A stretch of DNA of 64,000 nt, from positions 25,311-89,310 of the forward strand of contig CAIWXI010000010.1 in assembly GCA_903916595.1 (NCBI GenBank). Reading direction: 5' to 3'. The notes under the pieces were generated by a model that was given only the letters and a program-made list of their open reading frames with translations, did not search any database and was not told the DNA's origin. The stretch's first letter is position 1, and each line of letters opens with the position of its first letter. Below, in pieces: positions 40,707-50,623 of this stretch. A program made the translations under genes and the position numbers. The stretch is from an uncultured Bacteroidales bacterium (GTDB lineage Bacteria > Bacteroidota > Bacteroidia > Bacteroidales > FEN-979).

Positions 40707-41346
40707 TCTGGTCGTCGATTAAAAAAACATAAAGTTCACGAGGTCCGTGAGCGCCAAGCACAAGGGTCTTTTCAATATCAGCTGTGCGGCTGGGACCTGT
40801 AATCAAAGATATCATTGAAGGATAATTGTGAAGGTATTTTTTGCGGATGGCAGCCAGGGCATGTTTCAGATCTGGTACCAGTTGCGATGTATACCCCAGG
40901 ATAAGATGGGCATCAGGGTATACGTTGATCTTCCGGCCGGGGCTCAGATGCGATGAAACCATTACTGATCCAAGCCTTGCAATGAGATACTCGCAGCGTG
41001 TAATCCCGATCTTTGAATCAAGAAATTCTTTCTGATTTGACACGAAGGGTATACCAGCTTCCCTCAGCAATCTCTGTATTATAGGGTCAAGGCAGAAAAG
41101 CACCGACCAGTCTTTCTCCAGGATAAACTGCTTAAGCAAAGCGGTGAATTCATCGTCGCTATCACAATACACAAATTTTCCTGAGACTTTGACCAGTTCC
41201 TGGGCAAAATTCACATCAAGTGGTTCGGTCATTTCCCTGAAGACCGGTGATTCCTGGTCAATAATAGGAAAGGGAGGTTCAGTCTTCTCTATCAGGGCAT
41301 CTCTCACCCTTTTAAGTACCTTCTCACGTGAAGTGGATTCTTCCAT
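40690..41346 (-). CDS. LUD-domain (LutC/YkgG-like) protein
   Basis: 218 aa. 'GITRCEYLIARLGSVMVSS' and 'ITGPSRTADIEKTLVLGAHGPRELYVFL' are typical of the LUD family. Confidence 0.7.
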   Translation of the reverse strand: MEESTSREKVLKRVRDALIEKTEPPFPIIDQESPVFREMTEPLDVNFAQELVKVSGKFVYCDSDDEFTALLKQFILEKDWSVLFCLDPIIQRLLREAGIPFVSNQKEFLDSKIGITRCEYLIARLGSVMVSSHLSPGRKINVYPDAHLILGYTSQLVPDLKHALAAIRKKYLHNYPSMISLITGPSRTADIEKTLVLGAHGPRELYVFLIDDQNAQTS

Positions 41347-41357
41347 CGGCTTATAAC

Positions 41358-43427
41358 TTAGGTTTTGTCTTCAGTTGCCTGGGCAGTCGGAAGAGGATTT
41401 TTTGTTGGAAGAAACCGCTCCTCTTCTCTCTCAAAGGGGCGTTTTCCGAAAACTAGTTCCAGGTCTTCTCTGAAAATGACTTCTTTCTCTAAGAGCAGAT
41501 TAGCCAGAGCAGCAACTTTTTCCTTGTTTTCGGTGATCAGTTCCTTAGCTTTGGCATAAGCTGCATCAATTATTTTTTTGACTTCAAAGTCGATTACCTC
41601 AGCAGTATGCTCGCTATAGGGTTTCTGAAAAGCGTATTCATTCTGACCGCTGGAATCATAAAAGCTGATATTACCGACCGCCTCATTCAGGCCGAAATAA
41701 ACCACCATGGCATACGTCTGTTTGGTGACCTTTTCTAAATCATTCAGGGCTCCGGTCGATATTTTACCGAAAAATATATGTTCCGAGACTCTGCCAGCCA
41801 GTGCAGCAGCAAGTTCGTCGAACATTTGTTCATACGTTGTGATCTGCCTTTCTTCAGGCAGGTACCATGCGGCCCCCAGGGCTTTTCCGCGAGGCACTAT
41901 AGTAACCTTAACCAGGGGATGAGCATATTCAAGAAGCCAGCTAACCGCGGCGTGGCCGGATTCATGGAAGGCAATGACTTTCTTCTCATGCTGGCTGATG
42001 ATTTTGTTCTTCTTCTCAAGCCCTCCCACAATACGGTCAATTGCATCCAGAAAATCCTGCTTCTCTATTATATTTTTGTTCTTCCGGGCAGCAATCAGAG
42101 CCGATTCATTGCAAACATTGGCAATATCGGCACCTGAGAAACCGGGCGTTTGGCGGGCCAGAAAATCAACATCGAGGTTCTGATCCAGTTTCAGAGGCTT
42201 CAGATGCACTTTGAATATCGCTTTACGCTCCTCCAGGTCGGGGAGCTCTATGTAAATCTGACGGTCAAAACGTCCTGCACGCATAAGCGCCCGGTCCAGG
42301 ATATCAGCACGGTTTGTAGCTGCAAGTATGATAACACCAGTATTGGTTGCAAAACCATCCATCTCGGTGAGCAGCTGATTCAGTGTATTCTCCCGTTCGT
42401 CATTCCCTCCGGTGATGGCATTCTTTCCGCGGGCACGCCCTATAGCGTCGATCTCATCGATGAAGATAATACAGGGCGCTTTTTCCTTGGCCTGCCTGAA
42501 CAGGTCACGCACCCTCGAAGCCCCGACTCCAACGAACATTTCAACGAAATCGGAACCTGAAATACTGAAAAAGGGCACCTTGGCTTCGCCTGCAACTGCT
42601 TTTGCAAGCAAGGTCTTACCTGTCCCCGGAGGACCCACAAGCAATGCTCCCTTCGGAATTTTTCCTCCGAGCTGTGTGTATTTTGTAGGGTTTTTTAAAA
42701 AATCAACGATCTCCATGATCTCTACCTTGGCTTCTTCAAGCCCCGCCACATCATTAAAATTGATGTTCACCATGGTGTCTTTGTCGAACAACGTTGCCTT
42801 TGACTTGCCAATGTTAAAGATCTGTGCCCCGCCGCCGCCACCGCCACGGCTCATAAACCGCATGATAAGAAACCACGCGCCAACAAGGATGAGGATGGGA
42901 AGGATGTATCCCAGAATATCACCAAAAATGTCTTTGCGCGTTTCAGTCCCCGGTGGATAGGGAAACTGTTTCTTGAATTCTGCAATCTTCATTACGGAAA
43001 CACTGTCGCGCTTCATTCGTGTGGCAATAGTATCGCGGCAATCCTTAAGCAGCCTGTCTAAAATATCAACGCTGTTGATCTCATAGTAAAACTGAGGGTT
43101 GGCGCCGTTAAAGGCCGTACTCAGACCTTTTTTATTGAACTGCTTATAAGCAGTGTCGCTTTGTATCTTTTCTTTCTTGATATAAATCTCGGCTTTTTCC
43201 TTGTTAACTACAACGATCTTCTCAACATCCTGACTTAATAACATCTCTTCAAGCCTGGTGTAATCAACAGGTTTAACAGGATTATTGTAATTGAAAACCT
43301 GTAATCCCAAAAATCCCAGCAACAGAACCCCATAAATCCAATAAAAACTGAATTTGGGTTTCTTGCCTTTAATAGGATTGAAATTTGGTTTAAAACTTTC
43401 TTTTGGTGTATTATCTTTTTCTGCCAT
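41358..43427 (-). CDS. ftsH: ATP-dependent zinc metalloprotease FtsH
   Basis: Walker A '[13 protein letters not shown]', 'IIFIDEIDA' and the zinc motif 'HESGHA'. Confidence 0.95.
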   Translation of the reverse strand: MAEKDNTPKESFKPNFNPIKGKKPKFSFYWIYGVLLLGFLGLQVFNYNNPVKPVDYTRLEEMLLSQDVEKIVVVNKEKAEIYIKKEKIQSDTAYKQFNKKGLSTAFNGANPQFYYEINSVDILDRLLKDCRDTIATRMKRDSVSVMKIAEFKKQFPYPPGTETRKDIFGDILGYILPILILVGAWFLIMRFMSRGGGGGGAQIFNIGKSKATLFDKDTMVNINFNDVAGLEEAKVEIMEIVDFLKNPTKYTQLGGKIPKGALLVGPPGTGKTLLAKAVAGEAKVPFFSISGSDFVEMFVGVGASRVRDLFRQAKEKAPCIIFIDEIDAIGRARGKNAITGGNDERENTLNQLLTEMDGFATNTGVIILAATNRADILDRALMRAGRFDRQIYIELPDLEERKAIFKVHLKPLKLDQNLDVDFLARQTPGFSGADIANVCNESALIAARKNKNIIEKQDFLDAIDRIVGGLEKKNKIISQHEKKVIAFHESGHAAVSWLLEYAHPLVKVTIVPRGKALGAAWYLPEERQITTYEQMFDELAAALAGRVSEHIFFGKISTGALNDLEKVTKQTYAMVVYFGLNEAVGNISFYDSSGQNEYAFQKPYSEHTAEVIDFEVKKIIDAAYAKAKELITENKEKVAALANLLLEKEVIFREDLELVFGKRPFEREEERFLPTKNPLPTAQATEDKT

Positions 43428-43448
43428 TATGTCGTATGCCTTCTGTAA

Positions 43449-43838
43449 TTATTTATGCGTTAAATCTTGTTCATCGATCTTAACTATCCGGGCATCGGCC
43501 CACAACTTCTCGAGATTGAAGAACTTACGCTGTGTTTCCTGAAAAATATGTACCACGACGTCAATGTAGTCTATCAAAATCCATTCCGCATTTTCAAAAC
43601 CCTCCTTATGCCAGGGATTTAATCCGGTTTGTTTTTTTACCCGCTGTACTACTTCATCGGCAAGAGCCTCAGACTGGGTGCGGGAATTTCCGTGGGCTAC
43701 AACAAATGCATCGCACACCGAATGGCCCGTTCCTTTAAAATCAAGGATTAGGGGATCTTTTGCTTTTTTCTCGAGCAGTGCTTCCGAAATGGCTTCCAGC
43801 AGCAGCTCCTGAGCTTCTTTTTTTTTCTTTCTGGGCAT
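43449..43838 (-). CDS. rsfS: ribosome silencing factor RsfS
   Basis: 129 aa. 'DAFVVAHGNSRTQSEALAD' and 'WILIDYIDVVVHIF'. Confidence 0.85.
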   Translation of the reverse strand: MPRKKKKEAQELLLEAISEALLEKKAKDPLILDFKGTGHSVCDAFVVAHGNSRTQSEALADEVVQRVKKQTGLNPWHKEGFENAEWILIDYIDVVVHIFQETQRKFFNLEKLWADARIVKIDEQDLTHK

Positions 43839-43871
43839 TAATTATTCTATTACTGAGGCAAAGGTAAGCAA

Positions 43872-44582
43872 TTAAAAATTAGGTTTCAACGCATAAGTCT
43901 TGTAGAAGTCGGTGATGTAGTTCACAGCTTCTTCAGCAGTGTCAACAACGATGAACAAAGCCAGGTCATTTTCGGAGATCATACTCTCCGGTAAAACTTT
44001 CTTTGTGATCCAGTCGGTAAAGCCCTGCCAGTAGTCCTTGCAGACCAGCACAATCGGGAATCGCACGAGCTTGTGGGTCTGTATCAGGGTGATCGCTTCC
44101 GTAAGTTCATCAAGAGTGCCAAACCCCCCAGGCAAGGCGATAAATCCCATGGAGTAGCGCATGAACATTGTCTTGCGCACAAAAAAATAGTCGAAGTTGA
44201 GAAGCCTGGTCCGATCAATAAATGGATTTGGCTTTTGCTCGAAAGGCAGGGATATATTGAGCCCCACCGACTTGCCTCCCGCGAAATGTGCGCCTTTATT
44301 TGCCGCCTCCATAATTCCGGGGCCACCACCCGTAATAACTCCAAACCCGTTCTTGGTGAGAAGATAAGCGATCTCCTCGGCCAGGTGATAGTATTTATTG
44401 CTTTCCGGAGTACGGGCCGATCCGAAGATCGAAACACAGGGGCCTATCTTGCTAAGCTTGTCGAAACCTTCAACCATTTCAGACATAACCTTGAATATTT
44501 CCCAGGTATCGACTGAGATTGTTTCGCTCCAGCTCTTCTGCTGAAACGATTCCCTTAATTGTTCAATTTCTTTGTTTTCCAT
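43872..44582 (-). CDS. TIGR00730/LOG-family Rossmann-fold protein
   Basis: 'GGGPGIMEAANKGA' and 'PGGFGTLDE'. Confidence 0.85.
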   Translation of the reverse strand: MENKEIEQLRESFQQKSWSETISVDTWEIFKVMSEMVEGFDKLSKIGPCVSIFGSARTPESNKYYHLAEEIAYLLTKNGFGVITGGGPGIMEAANKGAHFAGGKSVGLNISLPFEQKPNPFIDRTRLLNFDYFFVRKTMFMRYSMGFIALPGGFGTLDELTEAITLIQTHKLVRFPIVLVCKDYWQGFTDWITKKVLPESMISENDLALFIVVDTAEEAVNYITDFYKTYALKPNF

Positions 44583-44591
44583 ATATTATAA

Positions 44592-44634
44592 AATGGTGAA
44601 ATGGTGAAATGGTGAAATGGTGAAATGGTGAAAT
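44592..44634. repeat. tandem octamer (AATGGTGA) x5.4, left arm of a long repeat-armed hairpin
   Basis: Read directly. Begins 10 nt upstream of the LOG gene ATG on the coding strand. Confidence 0.95.
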
Positions 44635-44675
44635 TAATAAAATATCTGCAATCCGTCATCCGCCATCTGCGCATG

Positions 44676-44711
44676 ATTTCGCCATTTCGCTATTTCACCA
44701 TTTCACCATTT
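44676..44711. repeat. inverted octamer array (ATTTCGCC ATTTCGCT ATTTCACC ATTTCACC ATTT), right arm; overlaps the uvrA 3' end
   Basis: Reverse complement of the left-arm unit. Positions 44690-44710 encode the uvrA tail N-G-E-M-V-K-stop. Confidence 0.95.
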
Positions 44712-47521
44712 AATTCCCTCCTCAAATGCATCCCTGTATAACTCTTGTCATTCCCCGCCACCTCCTCGGGCGTGCCTTTACAAACTATCGTGCCTCCCCG
44801 TTCCCCGCCTTCCGGACCAAGATCAACAATATAATCGGCTACCTTGATCACTTCCATATTATGCTCAATCACGAGTATGGTATTCCCTTTAGCCACCAGT
44901 TTGTTTAAAACGCTTAGAAGCACTTTCACATCTTCAAAATGCAGTCCGGTAGTGGGTTCATCAAGAATGTACAAAGTATTGCCGGTATCGTTCTTGCTGA
45001 GTTCAGACGCAAGTTTAACTCTTTGGGCTTCACCTCCCGATAGGGTCGTCGACTGTTGCCCGAGTGTAATATATCCCAGGCCGACTTCGTTCATAGTGCT
45101 GATCTTGTTCAATATCATCGGGATGTTCTCGAAAAAGTCGACCGCCTGTTCTATGGTCATATTCAGCACATCATTGATGGATTTTCCTTTGTACCGGACG
45201 TCGAGCGTTTCCCGGTTATATCTGTGGCCCTGACAGGTCTCACACAGCACATATACATCGGGAAGAAAGTTCATTTCAATGACTTTCAACCCTCCACCTT
45301 TACAGGTCTCACACCTTCCGCCTTTAACATTAAATGAAAACCTTCCAGGCTGATATCCCCTGATTTTTGACTCTGGCAGGGTGGCAAAGAGTTTTCGGAT
45401 CTCATCAAAGACCTTGGTATAAGTGGCTGGATTTGAACGTGGCGTGCGGCCGATCGGGCTCTGGTCGATCTCGATCACCTTGTCAATGTTTTTAATCCCC
45501 TCAATACGGTCGTATGCAAGAGGTTTTTTGTCTGATTTGTAGAAATACCTGCTGAGGATCGGATATAAGGTTTCGTTGATCAGGCTTGATTTTCCGCTAC
45601 CCGATAAGCCGGTAATACAGATAAACTTGCCCAGAGGGATTTCAAGATCAACCCTTTTCAGGTTGTTGCCCTGAGCTCCAAACAGTTCCAGCCTCTTCCC
45701 GTTTCCTTTCCTCCTTTTTTCAGGTACACTGATCTTTTTCTTTCCGCTGAGATACTGCCCTGTAAGATGTCCGTTGCTCATTATCTCCGCGGGTGTGCCG
45801 TGGTCAACGATCCTTCCGCCGTGAATACCTGCTCCCGGACCAATATCTATAACGTAGTCTGACGCGAGAATGGTCTCTTTGTCATGCTCCACGACGATAA
45901 CCGAGTTTCCTGTATCACGCAGGCTTTGAAGAGCCTTTATGAGTTTCATATTGTCGTGATGGTGAAGTCCGATGCTGGGTTCATCTAAAATATAAAGCAC
46001 TCCAACAAGCTGTGATCCTATCTGTGTGGCAAGACGAATTCGCTGACTTTCACCACCCGATAGAGACCTTGCCGGACGGTTCAGGGTAAGATACCCTATC
46101 CCTACATCCAGTAAAAACCGTATCCGGTTCTGTATCTCCCTTACAATTTCAAATGCTATAAATTTTTTGCGATCATCCAGATGTTCATCTATGTGATTCA
46201 TCCACGCTTCCAGGCTTAGCATATCCATCACTGCAAGTTCAGCAATGTTCTTTGCGCCAATCCTGAACTGCATCGATTCTTTCTTCAGCCTTGAACCCTG
46301 GCATTCAGGGCAAGGCATTTTATTCATAAAACTGCTCACCCATTTCATTATACCGGCAGGAGCAGTTTCAGAGGTCTGTGAGTTAATAAAACTTACAATG
46401 CCTTCAAAATTAAGCGAATATGTGGATGTGATCCCCAGGTAGTCATTCTTTACCCTGATAATCTCGTCCGATCCGTATAATATTGTGTTGATAGCTTGTT
46501 CCGGGATATCAATGATAGGAGAATTCAGATCGAAACCATATTTTTCACCGATAGCCTCAATCTGCTTGAAAATCCAGGTGTTTTTGTATTCACCAAGAGG
46601 GACTATCCCGCCTTTCTTAATGCTTTTGGCGGTATCAGGCATGATTTTCCGGATGTCGATCTCCGATATCGTTCCTAGCCCGTTGCAGCGGTTACAAGCG
46701 CCATAAGGGGAGTTAAATGAAAACGTGTTGGGCTCAGGCTCCTCATAGGATATCCCGCTTGTAGGGCACATCAGCATCCGGCTGAAATGCCGGGCCTGGT
46801 CCATCCCGAGATCAAGAACCGTAAGAGAATCCTTGCCCTGTTTCATAGCTGTGTTCACTGAACCCGCGAGCCGTTTTACAGATTCAGAGCCAATCTGAAT
46901 CTGGTCAATCACAATTTCTATATCATGGATCTTATAGCGGTCGAGCTGAAGCCCGTGAGCGATCTCGCGCACATCACCATCGATCCTTACACTAAGGAAT
47001 CCCTGCTTACGTATCTGTTCGAATAACTCCCGGTAATGGCCTTTCCTCCCTTTAACAACCGGCGAGAGAATCATCACCTGCTTGCCGGTATATTGCGAAA
47101 GGATCAGATCAACAATCTGCTGCTCAGAATACCTTACCATCTTCTCGTCGGTCACATAAGAGTAGGCGTCGGCTACCCTTGCGTACAGAAGACGCAGGAA
47201 ATCATAGATCTCGGTGATTGTGCCGACCGTTGAACGGGGATTTTTGCTGGCAGATTTCTGTTCGATGGAAATTACCGGGTTAAGACCGGTAATACGATCC
47301 ACATCGGGCCTTTCAAGACTGCCAATAAACTGCCTTGCATAGGCCGAAAAGGTTTCCATATACCTTCTCTGGCCTTCAGCATAAATGGTATCAAAGGCCA
47401 AAGAGGATTTGCCGCTGCCACTTAATCCTGTGAAGACAACAAGTTTGTTCCTGGGAATGCTTAGGTCGATATTCCTGAGGTTGTGAACCCTTGCACCTGA
47501 TATTTCGAGCTTGTCTTCCAA
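44690..47521 (-). CDS. uvrA: excinuclease ABC subunit UvrA
   Basis: 'GLSGSGKSSLAFDTIYAEGQRRY', zinc modules 'CPECQGSRL' and 'CETCKGGG', and a second ABC domain. TTG start at 47521; there is no in-frame ATG nearby. Confidence 0.95.
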   Translation of the reverse strand: MEDKLEISGARVHNLRNIDLSIPRNKLVVFTGLSGSGKSSLAFDTIYAEGQRRYMETFSAYARQFIGSLERPDVDRITGLNPVISIEQKSASKNPRSTVGTITEIYDFLRLLYARVADAYSYVTDEKMVRYSEQQIVDLILSQYTGKQVMILSPVVKGRKGHYRELFEQIRKQGFLSVRIDGDVREIAHGLQLDRYKIHDIEIVIDQIQIGSESVKRLAGSVNTAMKQGKDSLTVLDLGMDQARHFSRMLMCPTSGISYEEPEPNTFSFNSPYGACNRCNGLGTISEIDIRKIMPDTAKSIKKGGIVPLGEYKNTWIFKQIEAIGEKYGFDLNSPIIDIPEQAINTILYGSDEIIRVKNDYLGITSTYSLNFEGIVSFINSQTSETAPAGIMKWVSSFMNKMPCPECQGSRLKKESMQFRIGAKNIAELAVMDMLSLEAWMNHIDEHLDDRKKFIAFEIVREIQNRIRFLLDVGIGYLTLNRPARSLSGGESQRIRLATQIGSQLVGVLYILDEPSIGLHHHDNMKLIKALQSLRDTGNSVIVVEHDKETILASDYVIDIGPGAGIHGGRIVDHGTPAEIMSNGHLTGQYLSGKKKISVPEKRRKGNGKRLELFGAQGNNLKRVDLEIPLGKFICITGLSGSGKSSLINETLYPILSRYFYKSDKKPLAYDRIEGIKNIDKVIEIDQSPIGRTPRSNPATYTKVFDEIRKLFATLPESKIRGYQPGRFSFNVKGGRCETCKGGGLKVIEMNFLPDVYVLCETCQGHRYNRETLDVRYKGKSINDVLNMTIEQAVDFFENIPMILNKISTMNEVGLGYITLGQQSTTLSGGEAQRVKLASELSKNDTGNTLYILDEPTTGLHFEDVKVLLSVLNKLVAKGNTILVIEHNMEVIKVADYIVDLGPEGGERGGTIVCKGTPEEVAGNDKSYTGMHLRRELNGEMVK

Positions 47522-47535
47522 ATGCGGGTGAAAGC

Positions 47536-48537
47536 TTAATGTATCTCGTTAATCTTCAGGGTGTCGTGGAAATAGGTCTCGGAAGGAACCATGCTTTTTA
47601 GAAGGAAATCTGAATTCAATGCCCCTTCTTTGGGAAGCACTATTTGATATGACTTCTTAAGCTTGTTCGAGAGCGAATATTTTCTCAGCCATGGATTTAA
47701 ATCCCGGAAAACCTTGTAACTGACTTTATTCTTCATTGCGAAAGCAGGGATATCATGGATGGGAGTATCAATATCAATACTATATGTAGGGATGACCGGG
47801 TAGAAATCACTGGGCCACAGGTAGAGTCCGTATTTAACCGGATGGTTGTAGATCTCCTTGAGGGCTACTATCCTGTAAATATAACGTGATGTTTCATCGT
47901 TAAGAAAGAGGTCATAAAAAGTCCTTGCTTTCTGGTTTTCAAGAGCGTCGCTGAGGCCTTCCATCCCCCGGTTGAAGGATGCCGCAACCAGAGTCCAGTT
48001 ACCATATTTTGCATACGATTCAAGAAAATATTTACAGGCTGCTTCGGTAGACTTTGCCACATTGTACCGCTCATCAACTTCTTCATTGACCTCAAGGGCG
48101 TAATGTGTTGCAGTGGGTTTGATGAACTGCCAGAATCCTTCTGCTTTGGCCGGAGAAACAACGTTAGAAAAATTGCTTTCGGCCAACGACAGAAACTTGA
48201 AATCATCAGGAACCTTGTTCTTTCTCAATATAGGCTCGATGAGTGGAAACCAGCGGTTTGCCCTCTTGAACATCAGTATGGTAGAAGCATGCATAAACGT
48301 ATTGATCATGATCTCCCTGTCGAGACTTTCCTTCACGTAAAAGAGCTCAAGCGGTACTTTTTCACCTGCGAAATCAGCCTTTACAGGGCATTCAGGCGAA
48401 AAAATACGGTACGATCTCTGGGCCACCTCTCGATACTCCCTGCCAGAATTCTTTTGGTATATTACGGCAAACATCAAAAGACATGAAATGCCAATAATTG
48501 TGAAGATGATCAGGGTGTACTTAAGGCTTTGTTTCAT
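47536..48537 (-). CDS. lytic transglycosylase (SLT-domain) family protein
   Basis: N-terminal TM segment. 'SLAESNFSNVVSPAKAEGFWQF' is a catalytic-Glu region typical of the SLT domain. Confidence 0.65.
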   Translation of the reverse strand: MKQSLKYTLIIFTIIGISCLLMFAVIYQKNSGREYREVAQRSYRIFSPECPVKADFAGEKVPLELFYVKESLDREIMINTFMHASTILMFKRANRWFPLIEPILRKNKVPDDFKFLSLAESNFSNVVSPAKAEGFWQFIKPTATHYALEVNEEVDERYNVAKSTEAACKYFLESYAKYGNWTLVAASFNRGMEGLSDALENQKARTFYDLFLNDETSRYIYRIVALKEIYNHPVKYGLYLWPSDFYPVIPTYSIDIDTPIHDIPAFAMKNKVSYKVFRDLNPWLRKYSLSNKLKKSYQIVLPKEGALNSDFLLKSMVPSETYFHDTLKINEIH

Positions 48538-49082
48538 TGTGAGAAAGGACTTATAAACTCTTTAAACTTCGGGGAGGTTTTGTCTTTGTCGGAAATCACG
48601 GGAGCCTCAAGGCCCCAGTTGATATTCAGATCCGGATCATTCCAAAAAATACTACCCTCGGATGCTTTGTTGTAAATGTTGGTGCATTTATAGAAGAAAA
48701 TCGTGTCGTCTTCAAGTGTTGCAAACCCATGGGCAAATCCGGCAGGAATCCAGTACATCCATTTGTTTTGCCCCGACAATACTATCGATTCCCATTTGCC
48801 GTAAGTGGGTGAATTACTGCGGATATCTACTGCCACATCAAGCACTGAGCCACGCATCACGCGCACAAGCTTGCCCTGGGCAAATGGCGGAGCCTGGAAA
48901 TGCAGTCCTCGCAATACTCCCTTTTTCGATTTGGATTCATTGTCCTGCATAAACTTCAGGTCCAGCCCCAGATTGAGAAATTTGCCATGGTTAAAAGATT
49001 CGAAAAAATATCCTCTTTCATCTTCAAATACATCAGGCTTGATGATAAGCAGGCCTTCGAGAGGAGTTTTGATTATTTCCAT
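48534..49082 (-). CDS. rfbC: dTDP-4-dehydrorhamnose 3,5-epimerase
   Basis: 'RGLHFQAPPFAQGKLVRV' and 'WIPAGFAHGF'. Confidence 0.9.
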   Translation of the reverse strand: MEIIKTPLEGLLIIKPDVFEDERGYFFESFNHGKFLNLGLDLKFMQDNESKSKKGVLRGLHFQAPPFAQGKLVRVMRGSVLDVAVDIRSNSPTYGKWESIVLSGQNKWMYWIPAGFAHGFATLEDDTIFFYKCTNIYNKASEGSIFWNDPDLNINWGLEAPVISDKDKTSPKFKEFISPFSQ

Positions 49083-49084
49083 AT

Positions 49085-49114
49085 TGACTGACTGATTGAC
49101 AGAATGACTGATTA
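49085..49114. repeat. degenerate octamer array (TGACTGAC TGATTGAC AGAATGAC TGATTA)
   Basis: Read directly, immediately upstream of the rfbC start on the coding strand. Confidence 0.7.
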
Positions 49115-49115
49115 A

Positions 49116-49151
49116 ATTTCGCTATTTCACCATTTCACCATTTCACCATTT
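49116..49151. repeat. tandem octamer array (ATTTCGCT ATTTCACC x3 ATTT) abutting the lpdA stop codon
   Basis: Same unit and same degenerate terminal unit as the 44676-44711 array. No inverted partner nearby. Confidence 0.95.
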
Positions 49152-50538
49152 ATAAATGCACACATTCCCCATAAGCCTGCGCTACCGCTTCCATGATGGC
49201 TTCGCTCATAGTCGGATGGGGGTGAACGGCTTCAATGATTTCCCTGCCTGTGGTTTCCAGCTTACGAGCCGTGACTACTCCGGCAATAAGTTCCGTGACG
49301 TTCTCGCCTATCATATGAGCGCCCAGCCATTCCCCGTATTTTGCATCGAAGATCACCTTGATGAACCCTTCGCGGGCGCCGGATGCCGTTGCCTTGCCTG
49401 ATGCGGTGAAAGGAAACTTTCCAACCAGTATCTCGTATCCTGCATCTTTTGCAGCCTTTTCGGTCATTCCTACCGAAGCGATCTCGGGATGAGTGTAAGT
49501 GCAACCGGGAATATTGCCGTAATCAAGTGGTTCGACTTGCTTACCCGCAATCTTTTCAACACAGATAATTCCTTCATGAGAAGCCACATGAGCCAGGGCA
49601 GGTCCTTTCACAATATCTCCAATGGCATAGTACCCTTTTACGCTGGTGCAATAGAAATCATCCACAACAACCTTCCCTCTCTCAACAGTTATGCCCGTCT
49701 CTTCAAGGCCTATACCTTCAATATTTGTTGCAACGCCTACGGCGGATAATACAATGTCGCATTCAATGATCTCGTCGCCTTTTTTAGTCTTTACCGTGAC
49801 TTTGCATCCTTCACCGCCGGTATCCACTGATTCAACGGAAACTCCTGTCATCACTTTCATGCCAGCCTTCTTAAAAGAGCGCTCAAGCGTTTTCGATACT
49901 TCTTCATCTTCCACAGGAACAATATTGGGAAGGACTTCGATGAGTGTAACTTTGGTTCCTATGGAATTGTAGAAATAAGCAAACTCGGAACCTATGGCGC
50001 CCGAACCCACTACCACCATGGTCTTCGGCTGTAAAGGCAGTGTCATCGCTTCCCGGTATCCGATGATTTTTTTGCCATCCAGTTTGAGGTTCGGCAATTC
50101 TTTTGAGCGCGCTCCGGTAGCCAGAATGATATGATCGGCAGCATATTCCACGGTATTTCCGGTTTCGTCGGTCACATCCACTACCTTTCCGGGCTTGATT
50201 TTTCCGCTACCCTTCAGATGCTCTATTTTATTTTTTTTGAACAGGAACTGTATCCCTTTGCTCATTGTGTCGGCAACTTCGCGGCTGCGTTTGATCATAG
50301 CCGGGAAATCAGCTTGGGGTTCAGAAGCTGAAATGCCGTATTCAGAGGCATGCTGAATGTACTGGAAAACGCTGGCGCTTTTTAATAATGTTTTTGTTGG
50401 AATGCAGCCCCAGTTGAGGCAGATGCCTCCAAGTTCTGCTTTCTCGACAACGGCAACTTTCAATCCCAGCTGAGCTGCCCGTATCGCGGCAACATAACCC
50501 CCCGGGCCGCTGCCTATTACAATGATATCAAACTTCAT
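49150..50538 (-). CDS. lpdA: dihydrolipoyl dehydrogenase
   Basis: 'GSGPGGYVAAIRAAQLG', redox-active disulfide 'GGICLNWGCIPTK' and 'HPHPTMSE'. Start moved to ATG 50538 (MKFDIIVIG...). Confidence 0.9.
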   Translation of the reverse strand: MKFDIIVIGSGPGGYVAAIRAAQLGLKVAVVEKAELGGICLNWGCIPTKTLLKSASVFQYIQHASEYGISASEPQADFPAMIKRSREVADTMSKGIQFLFKKNKIEHLKGSGKIKPGKVVDVTDETGNTVEYAADHIILATGARSKELPNLKLDGKKIIGYREAMTLPLQPKTMVVVGSGAIGSEFAYFYNSIGTKVTLIEVLPNIVPVEDEEVSKTLERSFKKAGMKVMTGVSVESVDTGGEGCKVTVKTKKGDEIIECDIVLSAVGVATNIEGIGLEETGITVERGKVVVDDFYCTSVKGYYAIGDIVKGPALAHVASHEGIICVEKIAGKQVEPLDYGNIPGCTYTHPEIASVGMTEKAAKDAGYEILVGKFPFTASGKATASGAREGFIKVIFDAKYGEWLGAHMIGENVTELIAGVVTARKLETTGREIIEAVHPHPTMSEAIMEAVAQAYGECVHL

Positions 50539-50623
50539 ACTAGCATGATTTAATGAATCTGCGAAATTAGGAAAAATAAGGGAGAAGGGCAAGCGATCCG
50601 ATGCAGACTTTGCATCAATCTGT

